From NCBI GenBank assembly GCA_041571435.1, contig JBFFUI010000004.1:30525-94524 (forward strand): a stretch of 64,000 bases of DNA. Direction: 5' to 3'. A program made the translations under genes and the position numbers. Below are positions 29,848 through 39,711 of the stretch, one piece after another. Each line of letters starts with the position of its first letter. The first letter of the stretch is position 1. This DNA comes from Sulfurimonadaceae bacterium (lineage in GTDB: Bacteria > Campylobacterota > Campylobacteria > Campylobacterales > Sulfurimonadaceae). The notes below the pieces were generated by a model. It was not told the DNA's origin, did no database searches, and worked only from the letters and a program-made list of their open reading frames with translations.

Positions 29848-31483
29848 TTGCCTCTTTGCTTTCAGGTGCAACTACTGCATCTGTTGTGATATTTTGATCA
29901 TCACTGAAAGTTGCTTTTAGGCCAGCCTCTTCTTTAGTTGTTGAGGTATAACCGAGGTCTGCAATTGTAAGTGTGTTACCAGCTGCTTTGACGATACGTG
30001 GTTCAATAACGATAACGATCTCTTCAACCGAACGAACCTTCTCTTCATATTTGAAGAAGTAACCTAGACCAGGAATATCACCCAAAAGAGGAACTTTGTT
30101 GGTTTTGAAGTTTTCACGCGAACCGATCAAACCGCCAAGGACAATTCGGTTACCATCTTTTACAGTGACGACAGCAGACAGTTGACGACGATCAAGGTCA
30201 GGCGGCATAGTACGATTTTCCTGATCTTTAGTGTCACTCTGAATTTGGACACGAGTCTGGCTGAGTGACGGATTCACTTTGATAGTAATCATGTCATCTT
30301 CGCCGATCTCAGGTGTAATATCCAGAAGGACACCGGCAAAGACGGAGTTAACCATGTCATTTTGTGTTGTCGAGACAACACCACCGCCTGCACCTTGCTG
30401 GTTTTGAGACTGCTGAATTTTATAGAAATACTCCGTACCGACGGTGATAAGAGCAGGCTGGTTGTTCAATGTCAGGATCTTTGGATTAGAGAGTGCACGC
30501 ACTTCACCCTGTTCTTTAAGAAACTTGATAACTTCATTTAGTGAACCAGCGACATTGACCTGTATTAAATTGGCATTTTGTCCGTATAAATCTTCAAGGT
30601 TACCAATTGATTGGTATGTGTCAATATTTTTTCCATTAAATGTATCAACAGCCACGTTAATGTTCTGCAGCGCATAAAGCTGTGACCAGTCAATACCGGT
30701 TGAAGACTTGTCGTCAAAACTTACGGCGAGCATATTAACATCGATAAGGACCTGTTTTTGGACTTTTTCTTGAAGCGTTTTTAAATAGGCAGCGATACGG
30801 GCTTGTTGACGACCAGTCGCAGAGATCGTGACCAGTCCAGCATTTCTATTAATGATTGGCGCTTCTGCCTGGTAGGCATCTTCCGGACGGTTAAGAATAC
30901 GTTGAAGTTCAAGATCAAGTTCATCCCAGAAAACTACTTCGTCCGTATGCTCGATCGAAATTCCCGATTTATTCGAGCCTACACCACCACCGGCTCCTTC
31001 TGCAGGGAAAGAGCCGCCACCTGCTGCTCCGCCTGCTGCTCCACCACTTTGAGCACCTTGGCCGATTTCAGATGATGTAGAACTCAGCATGACATCGGTT
31101 GAACCTTTGCTCTTTCTAGACGAAAGAATATAGTCGATGTTATAGGTGATCGTCTTGAGGTATGAGATACGCAGGATCTCATTTTCAATCGTAAAGTTGA
31201 GATTGTTTTCAGTTAGCAAGATATCAAAAACTTCATCAATAGTAAGGTTCTTGATATGTGTTTTGTTCAATTTTTTGTCCATCAGCTTTTCAGTCTCACT
31301 GTCAGCAACAACTAGACTGTATTCGCAGGCAGTAGTCAACTGGTCGACATATTCACCGATAGTGGTCCCTTTTGCAGATGAGATGCTGAAAAGTTCGTAA
31401 GTACAATCAGCTTGCATTGATGTCGCTAGAACGACTGAAGCGGCCAGTGACAGGAGCTTTTTATTTAGTTTTTTCATTTTCAT
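29834..31483 (-). CDS. mshL: MSHA-type pilus secretin (MshL; CtsD-like)
   Basis: Signal peptide, STN-like domain, Gly/Ser-rich insert; QVLIDV, LSNPKILTLNNQPALI, GVLLDITP and KVPLLGDIPGLG motifs. Confidence 0.92.
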   Translation of the reverse strand: MKMKKLNKKLLSLAASVVLATSMQADCTYELFSISSAKGTTIGEYVDQLTTACEYSLVVADSETEKLMDKKLNKTHIKNLTIDEVFDILLTENNLNFTIENEILRISYLKTITYNIDYILSSRKSKGSTDVMLSSTSSEIGQGAQSGGAAGGAAGGGSFPAEGAGGGVGSNKSGISIEHTDEVVFWDELDLELQRILNRPEDAYQAEAPIINRNAGLVTISATGRQQARIAAYLKTLQEKVQKQVLIDVNMLAVSFDDKSSTGIDWSQLYALQNINVAVDTFNGKNIDTYQSIGNLEDLYGQNANLIQVNVAGSLNEVIKFLKEQGEVRALSNPKILTLNNQPALITVGTEYFYKIQQSQNQQGAGGGVVSTTQNDMVNSVFAGVLLDITPEIGEDDMITIKVNPSLSQTRVQIQSDTKDQENRTMPPDLDRRQLSAVVTVKDGNRIVLGGLIGSRENFKTNKVPLLGDIPGLGYFFKYEEKVRSVEEIVIVIEPRIVKAAGNTLTIADLGYTSTTKEEAGLKATFSDDQNITTDAVVAPESKEANEEL

Positions 31484-31503
31484 TTCCTTTTTTTACTGAT
31501 TAT

Positions 31504-31971
31504 TTAGTTGACGTTAAACTGGATTTTGTCATTTTTATGGTTTTGAAAGAGTTTCAGCTCTTTCGTTTTGCTCTTCAGCGTTGCCTCACCAGGGTTGACA
31601 TTAACGATAGTGTATTGTCGTATTCTATCACCCTCTTTATACCACTTACCACTGATCTTGACATTTTTATTAATCGCAGATTCCAGTCTGAGCGGCTTAA
31701 GTCTGACTTTCTTTTTGACGGCATAAGTTCTCTTTTTACCGTCGCCTTCTTTCTTGAATAAGATAAACGGACTGTTGGTTTTGAGCACAGCATTGGCTTG
31801 CACACCTTTGCGCGGTGGTTTTATCTCTTGAATCTGTGTATTGATCTTAGCATGATTCGGTGTTCCAAACGGCTTTTCCTTTTGAACTTCTGCCGGTTTA
31901 GGTGCCTCAGTACTTGCCATTACAACCATTGGCACTAAGGACACAATGGATAATATTAGTAGCTTTTTCAT
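31504..31971 (-). CDS. Periplasmic pilus accessory protein (PilP/MshK-like)
   Basis: Signal peptide, SPF motif, beta domain AINK.VKISGKWYKEGD.I; directly upstream of the secretin. Confidence 0.6.
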   Translation of the reverse strand: MKKLLILSIVSLVPMVVMASTEAPKPAEVQKEKPFGTPNHAKINTQIQEIKPPRKGVQANAVLKTNSPFILFKKEGDGKKRTYAVKKKVRLKPLRLESAINKNVKISGKWYKEGDRIRQYTIVNVNPGEATLKSKTKELKLFQNHKNDKIQFNVN

Positions 31972-32603
31972 TAATATGTAATCCCCCATACTGATAGATT
32001 AAGATCGAGGTTTAACTTTTCAGTTGCAGCAATTTCCATGTCGTGAAGATCAACAACAAGTTTACTTTTTTCAATGGCATTCATGAATCTAACCATATTC
32101 TTATACGGTGCTTCAGCCTGTATCTCTAGGTTTAGTACATGCCCAAATTTGGTCTTGTCATCTGCAAGTCTATTGGCAAAGAAGTTAAGTTTGACTTTGT
32201 GCTTTTTGGCGTTTTCAGCAATCGAATCGATAAAAGCACCCCAAGTCTCCTGATCATAGAAGAGTTCAGGAATCTTCGCAATCTCTGCTTTAATGAAGGT
32301 GTTTTCATCCTTTAAGGTCACAAGTTTTGTATTAAGATCTTTGATCTGTCGATCTAAACGCACAATTTCACTTTCTGGATGCATCATAAGATACTGTTTA
32401 TCTTTTGCTATTTTGTCTTCGACCTTAATTCTAGCTTCTACAATGGCATTGTAGCCTTGTTCCGCACTGTCCCAAAACAGGAGATAAGATAACGAGACAA
32501 GAACGACAAAGACCATACCATAGATCATCTTGACGTCTTTGTCACTCTTTTGTGAAAAGCTTTGGTCTATATCATATAGATATTTTTCTAACATCGCACT
32601 CAT
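31971..32603 (-). CDS. PilO/MshJ-like alignment subunit
   Basis: One TM helix, coiled coil, then ferredoxin-like fold with Y.N...F...IE.S..VV. Confidence 0.75.
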   Translation of the reverse strand: MSAMLEKYLYDIDQSFSQKSDKDVKMIYGMVFVVLVSLSYLLFWDSAEQGYNAIVEARIKVEDKIAKDKQYLMMHPESEIVRLDRQIKDLNTKLVTLKDENTFIKAEIAKIPELFYDQETWGAFIDSIAENAKKHKVKLNFFANRLADDKTKFGHVLNLEIQAEAPYKNMVRFMNAIEKSKLVVDLHDMEIAATEKLNLDLNLSVWGITY

Positions 32604-34135
32604 TTCAGCACCGCCTTCATCTGACTAAGATAGTGTTTTTTCTCTTCATCATATGCAATCTCTTCTAATATAAAGTGAAAACGTGATGTCTTCTTAGCGG
32701 TCAGATACTCAAGCAATCGAGTGATATCTTTGTCTTTTTCAGACACCATGTTGAAGATGAATCCTTTAAAGTTCTCATCTTCATGATAAGAGAGTTTTTG
32801 CAGTTTGACTTTGTATTTGTTCAGATCACCGGCAAATTCAGTTGTGAGTTTAGCCTTCATCGGGTAGTTGACCTTCACATCATGGATTTTCGTCAAGGTG
32901 TTCATCTGACGCTCAAGCTCTGCCTGCTCGGCATCAACCAGTTTGTTCACAGCATTTTTCTCAACTGTTTTTATGTTGATCGTTGCTTCGCGTGTCGTCT
33001 TTACACTGTGCACTTCATTGTATTCCGTGTCAAGCATAGCCTTATTGAGTTGTTCCGCAAATGTGAGACTCCAGTATGCCACGGGATACGCGAATGCAAC
33101 TACCAATGCCACTCCCGTAGTGGCGATTAGTTTACCGCTGGCACGCTGTAAGAACTTCGGAGGGCGAGGATAGAGTGAAAAATTACACTCATAACGTTCG
33201 TCGCTCTCTGTCATTGTGTAAAGGTGCATCATCTGATGTATCTGGTCTACGTACTGTCCGTTAGTGTCAAAACCATAGTTGAAGTCAAATGATTTGGAGA
33301 TCAATCCAAGGTAGGTCTGCGAGTACTCATCTAAACCGGCTATCGACCCAATCTGTGATCCGATGTAGATCTGGTCAATTGTCTCAAGCTCGAAGGCTCG
33401 TTTGGCATAAGTAAGTACGTCGTTTATATGTAAAAAGAGCTCACCAAAAAGCTTAATAAGGTCACGCTGGTACTCTTTGTTCTCTGAAGAGAGGCCTTCA
33501 CTTGATAGCAGTTCCATAAAGAGCGTAAAGCTTACCTGTTCGCCATAGAGCTCACAGAAGCGTTCATGCATCATTTTTATAGTGTATTTAAGTGTTTTGG
33601 TGTACACAAACTCTTGATCGTTATAGATGGTGAAGAAGGCGTCATTGTCCTGGAAGTAGATGAAACAGTGTGCACCTACATCCGTAACGATCTCACGCTG
33701 ATAAAGCCCTTTGAGCAAAAGAGGAACAGGAACGATATAATCAATGTATTTGATCTTTTCAACTGTTGTCTCAAATGTCTCATCCATTGTAAGTGGATCA
33801 ACAATGAAAACGTGAAAGAATCGTTCTTTTTCATCGAGTTGATGCCCCGCTTCAATAAATTGAATGTTGTATTCAACTGCCATGTCAAGGGCAAGTTCTT
33901 CATAAACCTTGTTCTCAATAGCAAAAGCCAGATCTTCATCAGGGATGTTTTTACTTACACCAATAAGAGCGGTTAAGAAGTCATTGGTGTTAAGATAAGC
34001 CATCGTGTACTGGGTTTTAGAGAAGTTGATGGATTTCACTTGTTCTAATTTGCCAGATGCCCCAACATAAAACGACTCTTTGTAAGGGTTTATAGAAAGG
34101 ACACTGGTAAATGTCGGTTGTTGCGTATTACTCAT
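32600..34135 (-). CDS. PilM-PilN-like fused alignment subunit (MshI/GspL-like)
   Basis: About 330-aa cytoplasmic actin-like region, then NFSLYPRP, a TM helix, a coiled coil and a PilN-like domain. First gene of the operon. Confidence 0.7.
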   Translation of the reverse strand: MSNTQQPTFTSVLSINPYKESFYVGASGKLEQVKSINFSKTQYTMAYLNTNDFLTALIGVSKNIPDEDLAFAIENKVYEELALDMAVEYNIQFIEAGHQLDEKERFFHVFIVDPLTMDETFETTVEKIKYIDYIVPVPLLLKGLYQREIVTDVGAHCFIYFQDNDAFFTIYNDQEFVYTKTLKYTIKMMHERFCELYGEQVSFTLFMELLSSEGLSSENKEYQRDLIKLFGELFLHINDVLTYAKRAFELETIDQIYIGSQIGSIAGLDEYSQTYLGLISKSFDFNYGFDTNGQYVDQIHQMMHLYTMTESDERYECNFSLYPRPPKFLQRASGKLIATTGVALVVAFAYPVAYWSLTFAEQLNKAMLDTEYNEVHSVKTTREATINIKTVEKNAVNKLVDAEQAELERQMNTLTKIHDVKVNYPMKAKLTTEFAGDLNKYKVKLQKLSYHEDENFKGFIFNMVSEKDKDITRLLEYLTAKKTSRFHFILEEIAYDEEKKHYLSQMKAVLK

Positions 34136-34508
34136 CGCAGTAAATCCTAATAGTGTTATTTTTGTCCAAACTCAATTGAGCCAAACTTTTCTATACGTCT
34201 ATATCAAAATATAAACAGACCAATTGAATTACAGAGAATTGACTGGAGCAATTTCCTGTTACTAAATTTCATTTTAGCCATATTAAACTTAAATATATTC
34301 TTATGTGTCGGGTAAAAAGTTAAAAAGGAGAGAATTTATACTAAATTTCGCAAAGTGCCTAAATACGATGTATTGGAGGTTTGCAAAGCTATAAGTCGTT
34401 TTTGCTTTTTATATATTGATAATTTATTGTTATCAAAAGTGTAGAAAAGAGACTTCTAACCTTAAATGGTTATCTTAACAGAGAGGTACAACCACTAACA
34501 TTATATGT

Positions 34509-35402
34509 TTAGCTGTTGTAGCCCAGTTCTTCCAAAAATTTCTTATCGTTGGTCCACCCTTTTTTGACGGAGACAAAGAGATCAAGAAAAACAGGTTTAT
34601 CGGTCAATTTTTCGATTTTTGCACGGGCGTCTTTGCCAATACGCTTGATAGCAGCACCATTCTTACCGATAATAATCCCTTTTTGGCTCTCTTTTTCAAT
34701 GATAATTGTAGCGCGGATATGTTCGACGCGCTGATTCTCTTCAATTTTATCGATGACCACATCTGATTCATAAGGGATCTCATCACTGATGTTCTCGAAA
34801 ATTGCTTCACGAATGAACTCTCTGTAGATATCCCGCAGCATCTCCGTAGTCAAGTCGTCCGGGTCATAGAGGTAAGGTGATTCATCCAGATGCTTTACAA
34901 TAACATCCAGCAGGTCGTTTTTGCCGACATTTTTTGTGACGGACATTGGAATCAAAGCCTCGAACTCAGATGCAAACTGGTTGTATTCACTGATGCGTGC
35001 CAACAACTCTTTTTGTGAGACTTGATCAATCTTGGAGAGAGCAATGATATGTTTGCGGTTTTTTCCATTCAGTTCGAGAAAACGTTTGTAGTGTTTGATA
35101 GAGTCGCTGGCAGGTGCCAGGTAGACGATAATATCACAGTCGCCGATCGCCTTGAGTGCCTCTTCTAGCATAAACTGGTTGAGCATCTTCTCTTTTTCAT
35201 GGAGACCGGGCGTATCGACAAATATGATCTGATCATCGTGATGCATCACAATGGCATTGAGTCGACGGCGCGTCGCATTCGCTTTTTGCGACGTCATCGC
35301 GATCTTCTCACCCAGTATCCAGTTAAGCATTGTGCTCTTGCCGGCATTTGGTCGTCCGACCAAAGCGACAAAACCGGCCTTGTGTTCGGCTGTACTACTC
35401 AC
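34509..35402 (-). CDS. era: GTPase Era
   Basis: GRPNAGKST, DTPG, SKID, EIPY and KH domain SQKGIIIGKNG; GTG start overlaps the rplI stop. Confidence 0.97.
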   Translation of the reverse strand: MSSTAEHKAGFVALVGRPNAGKSTMLNWILGEKIAMTSQKANATRRRLNAIVMHHDDQIIFVDTPGLHEKEKMLNQFMLEEALKAIGDCDIIVYLAPASDSIKHYKRFLELNGKNRKHIIALSKIDQVSQKELLARISEYNQFASEFEALIPMSVTKNVGKNDLLDVIVKHLDESPYLYDPDDLTTEMLRDIYREFIREAIFENISDEIPYESDVVIDKIEENQRVEHIRATIIIEKESQKGIIIGKNGAAIKRIGKDARAKIEKLTDKPVFLDLFVSVKKGWTNDKKFLEELGYNS

Positions 35403-35841
35403 CGATTACCTCGAGGTGAATCGTCGCATGCATAGCGTGACCAAGTTTAAGGTCAAGATCATGTGTACCTGTGACTTTAATAGCTTCTTTATGATTGATA
35501 TGTTTTTTGTCAATTTCTATGTTGTGCTGCTCTTGCAGGGCATTTGCAATCTCATCTTTCGTTACTGAGCCGAACAGATGGCCTGTGTTGCCGAGTTTTT
35601 TAGTAATCGTCACTTTCAGTTTGTCAAGTTTTCCGGCAAGTGCTTTCAGTGTTTCAATCTCCTGCGCTTCATTTTCCGCTTTTTTACGTTCTGCTGCTGC
35701 ATGTTTTTTAAGGACTTCGTTTGTCGCTACCTTTGCAAAACCTTTGCCGACCAAGAAGTTCTGACCGTAACCGTCTTTCACTTCTTTGACTTCACCGGCT
35801 TTGCCCAAACCTTTTACGTCTTTGATCAATAGTACTGTCAT
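35395..35841 (-). CDS. rplI: 50S ribosomal protein L9
   Basis: LIKDVKGLGKAGEVKEVKDGYGQNFL and LFGSVT motifs. Confidence 0.98.
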   Translation of the reverse strand: MTVLLIKDVKGLGKAGEVKEVKDGYGQNFLVGKGFAKVATNEVLKKHAAAERKKAENEAQEIETLKALAGKLDKLKVTITKKLGNTGHLFGSVTKDEIANALQEQHNIEIDKKHINHKEAIKVTGTHDLDLKLGHAMHATIHLEVIGE

Positions 35842-35990
35842 AAATATTCCTAGGTTTTGTTTTCATCATTGTAGCGAGAGAAGGTATAAAAGCAGATAAT
35901 GGGTGATTTACAGGTGAAATAAATAGCGTAGACTTAAGAGTGTGGTTTTTAAGCATAGAGAGATTTCTATGCTTAGGCAGAGATAATCTA

Positions 35991-36710
35991 TTATCGCTCT
36001 TTTTCACCAGGATAGGAGACGATACCATAGGTCAGGTTACCGATTTTCTTATAGCCCATGTCACCTAATATACGTGCACAGTGTGCACTGCGGCTTCCGA
36101 CATGACAGTAGACGATAATATTCTCATCTTGTGAAAGCCTGGCTTCATCAAGGGTCTGGAAGAAATTGCTGGTTGGAATAAGAAGGTCCGCACCCTTGAT
36201 GTGACCCATCTGCCACTCCATCGGTTCGCGTACATCGACAAGTTTAAAATCAACCATGCCAAGGTCGCGTGCTTCAAGCAGGGCGATAATCTCGTCACCG
36301 TCAAGTTCATCTTTATTGACCAGAACAGTACACTCTTCTTGTGTCAGACCGCGTGAATGCTTGTGGACAACCTCTTCTATTGCCTCTGCTTGTGACTGCG
36401 CAGCGGCATATTCCGGAGTACAGAAGATCTGGCAGTGACAGACACCGTCTTCAGGGATCTCCTTTTCAATAGCCGGCGTACATGGACAGATACGATCGTC
36501 CGGCTCACCAGTGACAAAGAAACATGGACAGTAGCGCTTGCCGTGCATCAGCTTGTTGCGTGTCAGACCAAGTTGAATACCCTGGTTGATCTCTGTATCT
36601 GGATTATAGGCCCAGCCAAACTGCGCCACTACCTTGTCGGTAAATCGGATCGTTTTTTCAAGAGTATCTTTAAATTCCTGTGATTCAGGGTCGATTTTAA
36701 CGGTGCTCAT
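35991..36710 (-). CDS. Ferredoxin:thioredoxin reductase catalytic domain fused to a rhodanese domain
   Basis: FTRc triad CPC...CPC...CHC; C-terminal LVDVRE..EW..GHI.GA and CHVGSRS rhodanese loop. Confidence 0.88.
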   Translation of the reverse strand: MSTVKIDPESQEFKDTLEKTIRFTDKVVAQFGWAYNPDTEINQGIQLGLTRNKLMHGKRYCPCFFVTGEPDDRICPCTPAIEKEIPEDGVCHCQIFCTPEYAAAQSQAEAIEEVVHKHSRGLTQEECTVLVNKDELDGDEIIALLEARDLGMVDFKLVDVREPMEWQMGHIKGADLLIPTSNFFQTLDEARLSQDENIIVYCHVGSRSAHCARILGDMGYKKIGNLTYGIVSYPGEKER

Positions 36711-36834
36711 TATAAGCCTTTTACTGTTTTAGTGAGAATATTATCTTGTTTTCTGTAAATAGGGAATTAAAAGTCTTTATATCATTGAAACGTTTAGAGG
36801 ATGGGAGGATCCAGCAGCAGCTGGATTTTGATGT

Positions 36835-38070
36835 TTATTTGTTGCGCGCTTTTCCGGCAATAATAAAACGAAGTGCGTTAAGTTTGATAAAGCCCTCTGC
36901 ATCTTTCTGGTTGTAAACTTCATCTTCTTCAAACGTTGAATACTCTTCATTGAACAGTGAATCTGCTGATGCACGCCCAACTACGATAACATTTCCTTTA
37001 TAAAGTTTAAGGCGGACAACTCCATTGACAAATTCTTGAGACTTGTCAATAGCGACTTGCATCATCTCACGCTCTGGTGAAAACCAGAAACCGTTGTAAA
37101 TCAATTTTGCATAACGTGGCATCATCTCATCTTTAAGGTGTGCCGCTTCGCGGTCAAGTGTGATCGATTCGATAGCACGGTGTGCTTTTAGCATGATTGT
37201 TCCGCCCGGCGTCTCATAACAGCCGCGCGCTTTCATACCGACAAATCTATTTTCAACGATGTCAATACGTCCAATACCGTGTTTGTTTCCAAGTTCGTTA
37301 AGTGCTTTAAGCAGGGTTGCCGGACTCAGTGCCTCTCCATTGAGTGTTACAGGGTCGCCGTGAGCATAGCCGATCTCAATATATTCCGCATCATCTGGGG
37401 CATTCTCAGGGGAGTTGGTCCATAACCACATATCATCTTCTGGTTCAGCATTTGGATCTTCCAGATGCAGCCCTTCATAAGAGATATGAAGTAAGTTGGC
37501 ATCCATTGAATAAGGACTTACAGCAGGGTTGCCATTTTCATCTAAATGTTTTTTATCAATCTTAATGCCATGGTCAGCTGCATAAGCGAGAAGTTTTTCT
37601 CTTGAGTTCAGGTCCCACTCTCTCCAAGGTGCGATGATAGTAAGCGTTGAGTTCTGACCCAGGTAACCCATCTCAAAACGTACCTGATCATTCCCTTTAC
37701 CGGTAGCACCGTGGCTGACACCGTCAGCACCGGTGATCTTTGCGATCTCTGCTTGACGTTTAGCGATCAACGGACGCGCGATCGATGTTCCTAGAAGGTA
37801 TTCACCCTCATAAATGGCATTGGCACGAAACATTGGAAATACAAAGTCTTTTACAAACTCTTCTCTAAGGTCGTCGATAAAAATATTTTCTGGTTTAATA
37901 CCCAGTTCGAGAGCTTTAACACGAGCCGGCTCAAGCTCTTCGCCTTGACCGAGGTCAGCAGTAAAGGTAACCACCTCACATTTGTATTCGTCTTGCAGCC
38001 ATTTGAGAATAACACTGGTGTCCAGCCCGCCAGAGTAGGCGAGTACAACTTTTTTGACTTCTTTTTTCAT
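36835..38070 (-). CDS. argG: Argininosuccinate synthase
   Basis: [31 protein letters not shown] and RGCYETPG motifs. Confidence 0.99.
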   Translation of the reverse strand: MKKEVKKVVLAYSGGLDTSVILKWLQDEYKCEVVTFTADLGQGEELEPARVKALELGIKPENIFIDDLREEFVKDFVFPMFRANAIYEGEYLLGTSIARPLIAKRQAEIAKITGADGVSHGATGKGNDQVRFEMGYLGQNSTLTIIAPWREWDLNSREKLLAYAADHGIKIDKKHLDENGNPAVSPYSMDANLLHISYEGLHLEDPNAEPEDDMWLWTNSPENAPDDAEYIEIGYAHGDPVTLNGEALSPATLLKALNELGNKHGIGRIDIVENRFVGMKARGCYETPGGTIMLKAHRAIESITLDREAAHLKDEMMPRYAKLIYNGFWFSPEREMMQVAIDKSQEFVNGVVRLKLYKGNVIVVGRASADSLFNEEYSTFEEDEVYNQKDAEGFIKLNALRFIIAGKARNK

Positions 38071-38181
38071 CGGAAAACCTTCATAAGAGTTGAAAATAAA
38101 TTGCGCGATTTTACCTAATATTAGGTAATAAAAAGGTTAATCTAAAGCGGTATTTTACGCATCTCTGCTATGCTTTCGTTT

Positions 38182-39423
38182 ATGAACAGATATTTTACAC
38201 TTTTACGTGAAGAACGCGTGCTGAGGCGCCTTTCATTGATCCAGCTGATTGCCTATTTCGGTGCGTGGTTCTCCAATGTTGCGATCTACACACTGCTGAT
38301 ACAACTTGATGTATCTGCAACGATTATCGCGATGACGGCTGCTTTGCACTTCCTTCCCGGTGTTTTGCAGGCACCTTTCAGTGGTGTTTTGATCGACAAG
38401 TTCGCACCTAAGAGACTGATGGCATTTCTGATGATAGTTGAGATAGCCGCGACGTTGCCCTTGATGCTGGTCGATAATGTAACGCTTTTGTGGCTTTTGT
38501 TTATCCTGGTGTTTGTCCGTATGGGTGCATCCAGTTTTTATTTTACGCTGGAGATGTCCCTGTTGCCAAGGATACTACCGCATGACAAGCTGAAGTTAGC
38601 CAACGAGATCCACTCTGTGATCTGGTCGTTTTCCTACACCTTCGGTATGGCGATCAGCGGTTTTGTTGTCTATCTAGTTGGCGTCGAAACCGCTTTTTTA
38701 CTGGATGCACTACTATTTATGATTGCACTTTTCTTACTGGTGAATCTGGTATTCCCTCTCCGTGAGTCAAAAGAGAGCGTCGGTTTTGCAGCTATGTTTC
38801 GAGAGAGTTTTACTTATCTCAAAAATGCGCCACATATCAAACATCTCATCTTATTGCATGCCTTTGTCGGTTTTACGGCTTTTGATGCTCTGGTCGCATT
38901 AATCGTGGAGCGTTATTATACGCAAGCCGTTGCGGTGGCCCTGGGAATAGGGCTTTTACACGCTCTTCGTGCCGTGGGCCTGGTCTTCGGCCCGGTTGTG
39001 ATAGGAAAATGGGTCAACAATAGGACACTGGTCTATGTTCTGCTCTATCAGGCCGCGGCGATTGTCATCTGGGCCCTTGTCATAGAGGACTTCTACCTGT
39101 CGCTGCTCGCTTCAGTCTTTGTGGGATTCTCTACTACAACGCTCTGGTCTTATACCTATACTCTCCTTCAGCATCATACCGATAAAGAGTACTACGGCCG
39201 CATCGTCGCCTATAATGATATGATGTTCCTGTTGACAGTTGCCCTCATCTCAATGGCGATAGGTTATTTGGCAGAAGCAGGTGTTGCACTCTCCATCATC
39301 ACAATGCTTCTGGGAAGCAGTTTTATCGTGGCAGCGCTCTACTTTGTCTGGATAAAAAAGTGCTTTGACATTCGTGATACAACGGTCGAAGATGATAAAA
39401 TGTCACCCGAATTGGAGTTATAA
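38182..39423 (+). CDS. MFS transporter (DHA3/macrolide-efflux-like)
   Basis: About 12 hydrophobic segments; motif A-like GVLIDKFAPKR; YYGRI near the C-terminus. Start could be 38170 or 38182. Confidence 0.88.
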   Translation: MNRYFTLLREERVLRRLSLIQLIAYFGAWFSNVAIYTLLIQLDVSATIIAMTAALHFLPGVLQAPFSGVLIDKFAPKRLMAFLMIVEIAATLPLMLVDNVTLLWLLFILVFVRMGASSFYFTLEMSLLPRILPHDKLKLANEIHSVIWSFSYTFGMAISGFVVYLVGVETAFLLDALLFMIALFLLVNLVFPLRESKESVGFAAMFRESFTYLKNAPHIKHLILLHAFVGFTAFDALVALIVERYYTQAVAVALGIGLLHALRAVGLVFGPVVIGKWVNNRTLVYVLLYQAAAIVIWALVIEDFYLSLLASVFVGFSTTTLWSYTYTLLQHHTDKEYYGRIVAYNDMMFLLTVALISMAIGYLAEAGVALSIITMLLGSSFIVAALYFVWIKKCFDIRDTTVEDDKMSPELEL

Positions 39424-39426
39424 AGT

Positions 39427-39711
39427 ATGCAAAAAAATATGATCTATGAAGCTCAGGGCAAAAAAATCGACCTGACACAGTTGACCCGTCTCTACCCGGC
39501 AGCAACCGTCGATGTTCACGGCGAGTTGGCCCAGGTCTCCTTGGAATGGGCGAAGATGGAGAAGAAGCAGGAAGTCCCGATCTCATCGTATGTCCTTATC
39601 TTTGACATTGACCCGCTCGGCGAAGTGCCGAACAACCGCATAGAGCTGGTTTACGAGAGTGAAGAACTTCTGATAGAAGGGATGAAAGAGGTTGCTAAAT
39701 ACTTTGAGTAG
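39427..39711 (+). CDS. Small hypothetical protein (94 aa)
   Basis: GGAG RBS; tightly packed between the MFS and MATE genes. Confidence 0.7.
   Translation: MQKNMIYEAQGKKIDLTQLTRLYPAATVDVHGELAQVSLEWAKMEKKQEVPISSYVLIFDIDPLGEVPNNRIELVYESEELLIEGMKEVAKYFE

Noticed and set aside
34136-34508. Possible sRNA or small gene in the 370-bp AT-rich intergenic region
   Set aside because: No stable structure or convincing ORF seen; best explained as the promoter region of the pilus operon.
35950-35975. Strong hairpin taagcataga-gagatt-tctatgctta between FTR-rhodanese and rplI
   Set aside because: A real inverted repeat, but on the transcribed (minus) strand it is followed by an A run rather than a U tract, so it is not called as a terminator.
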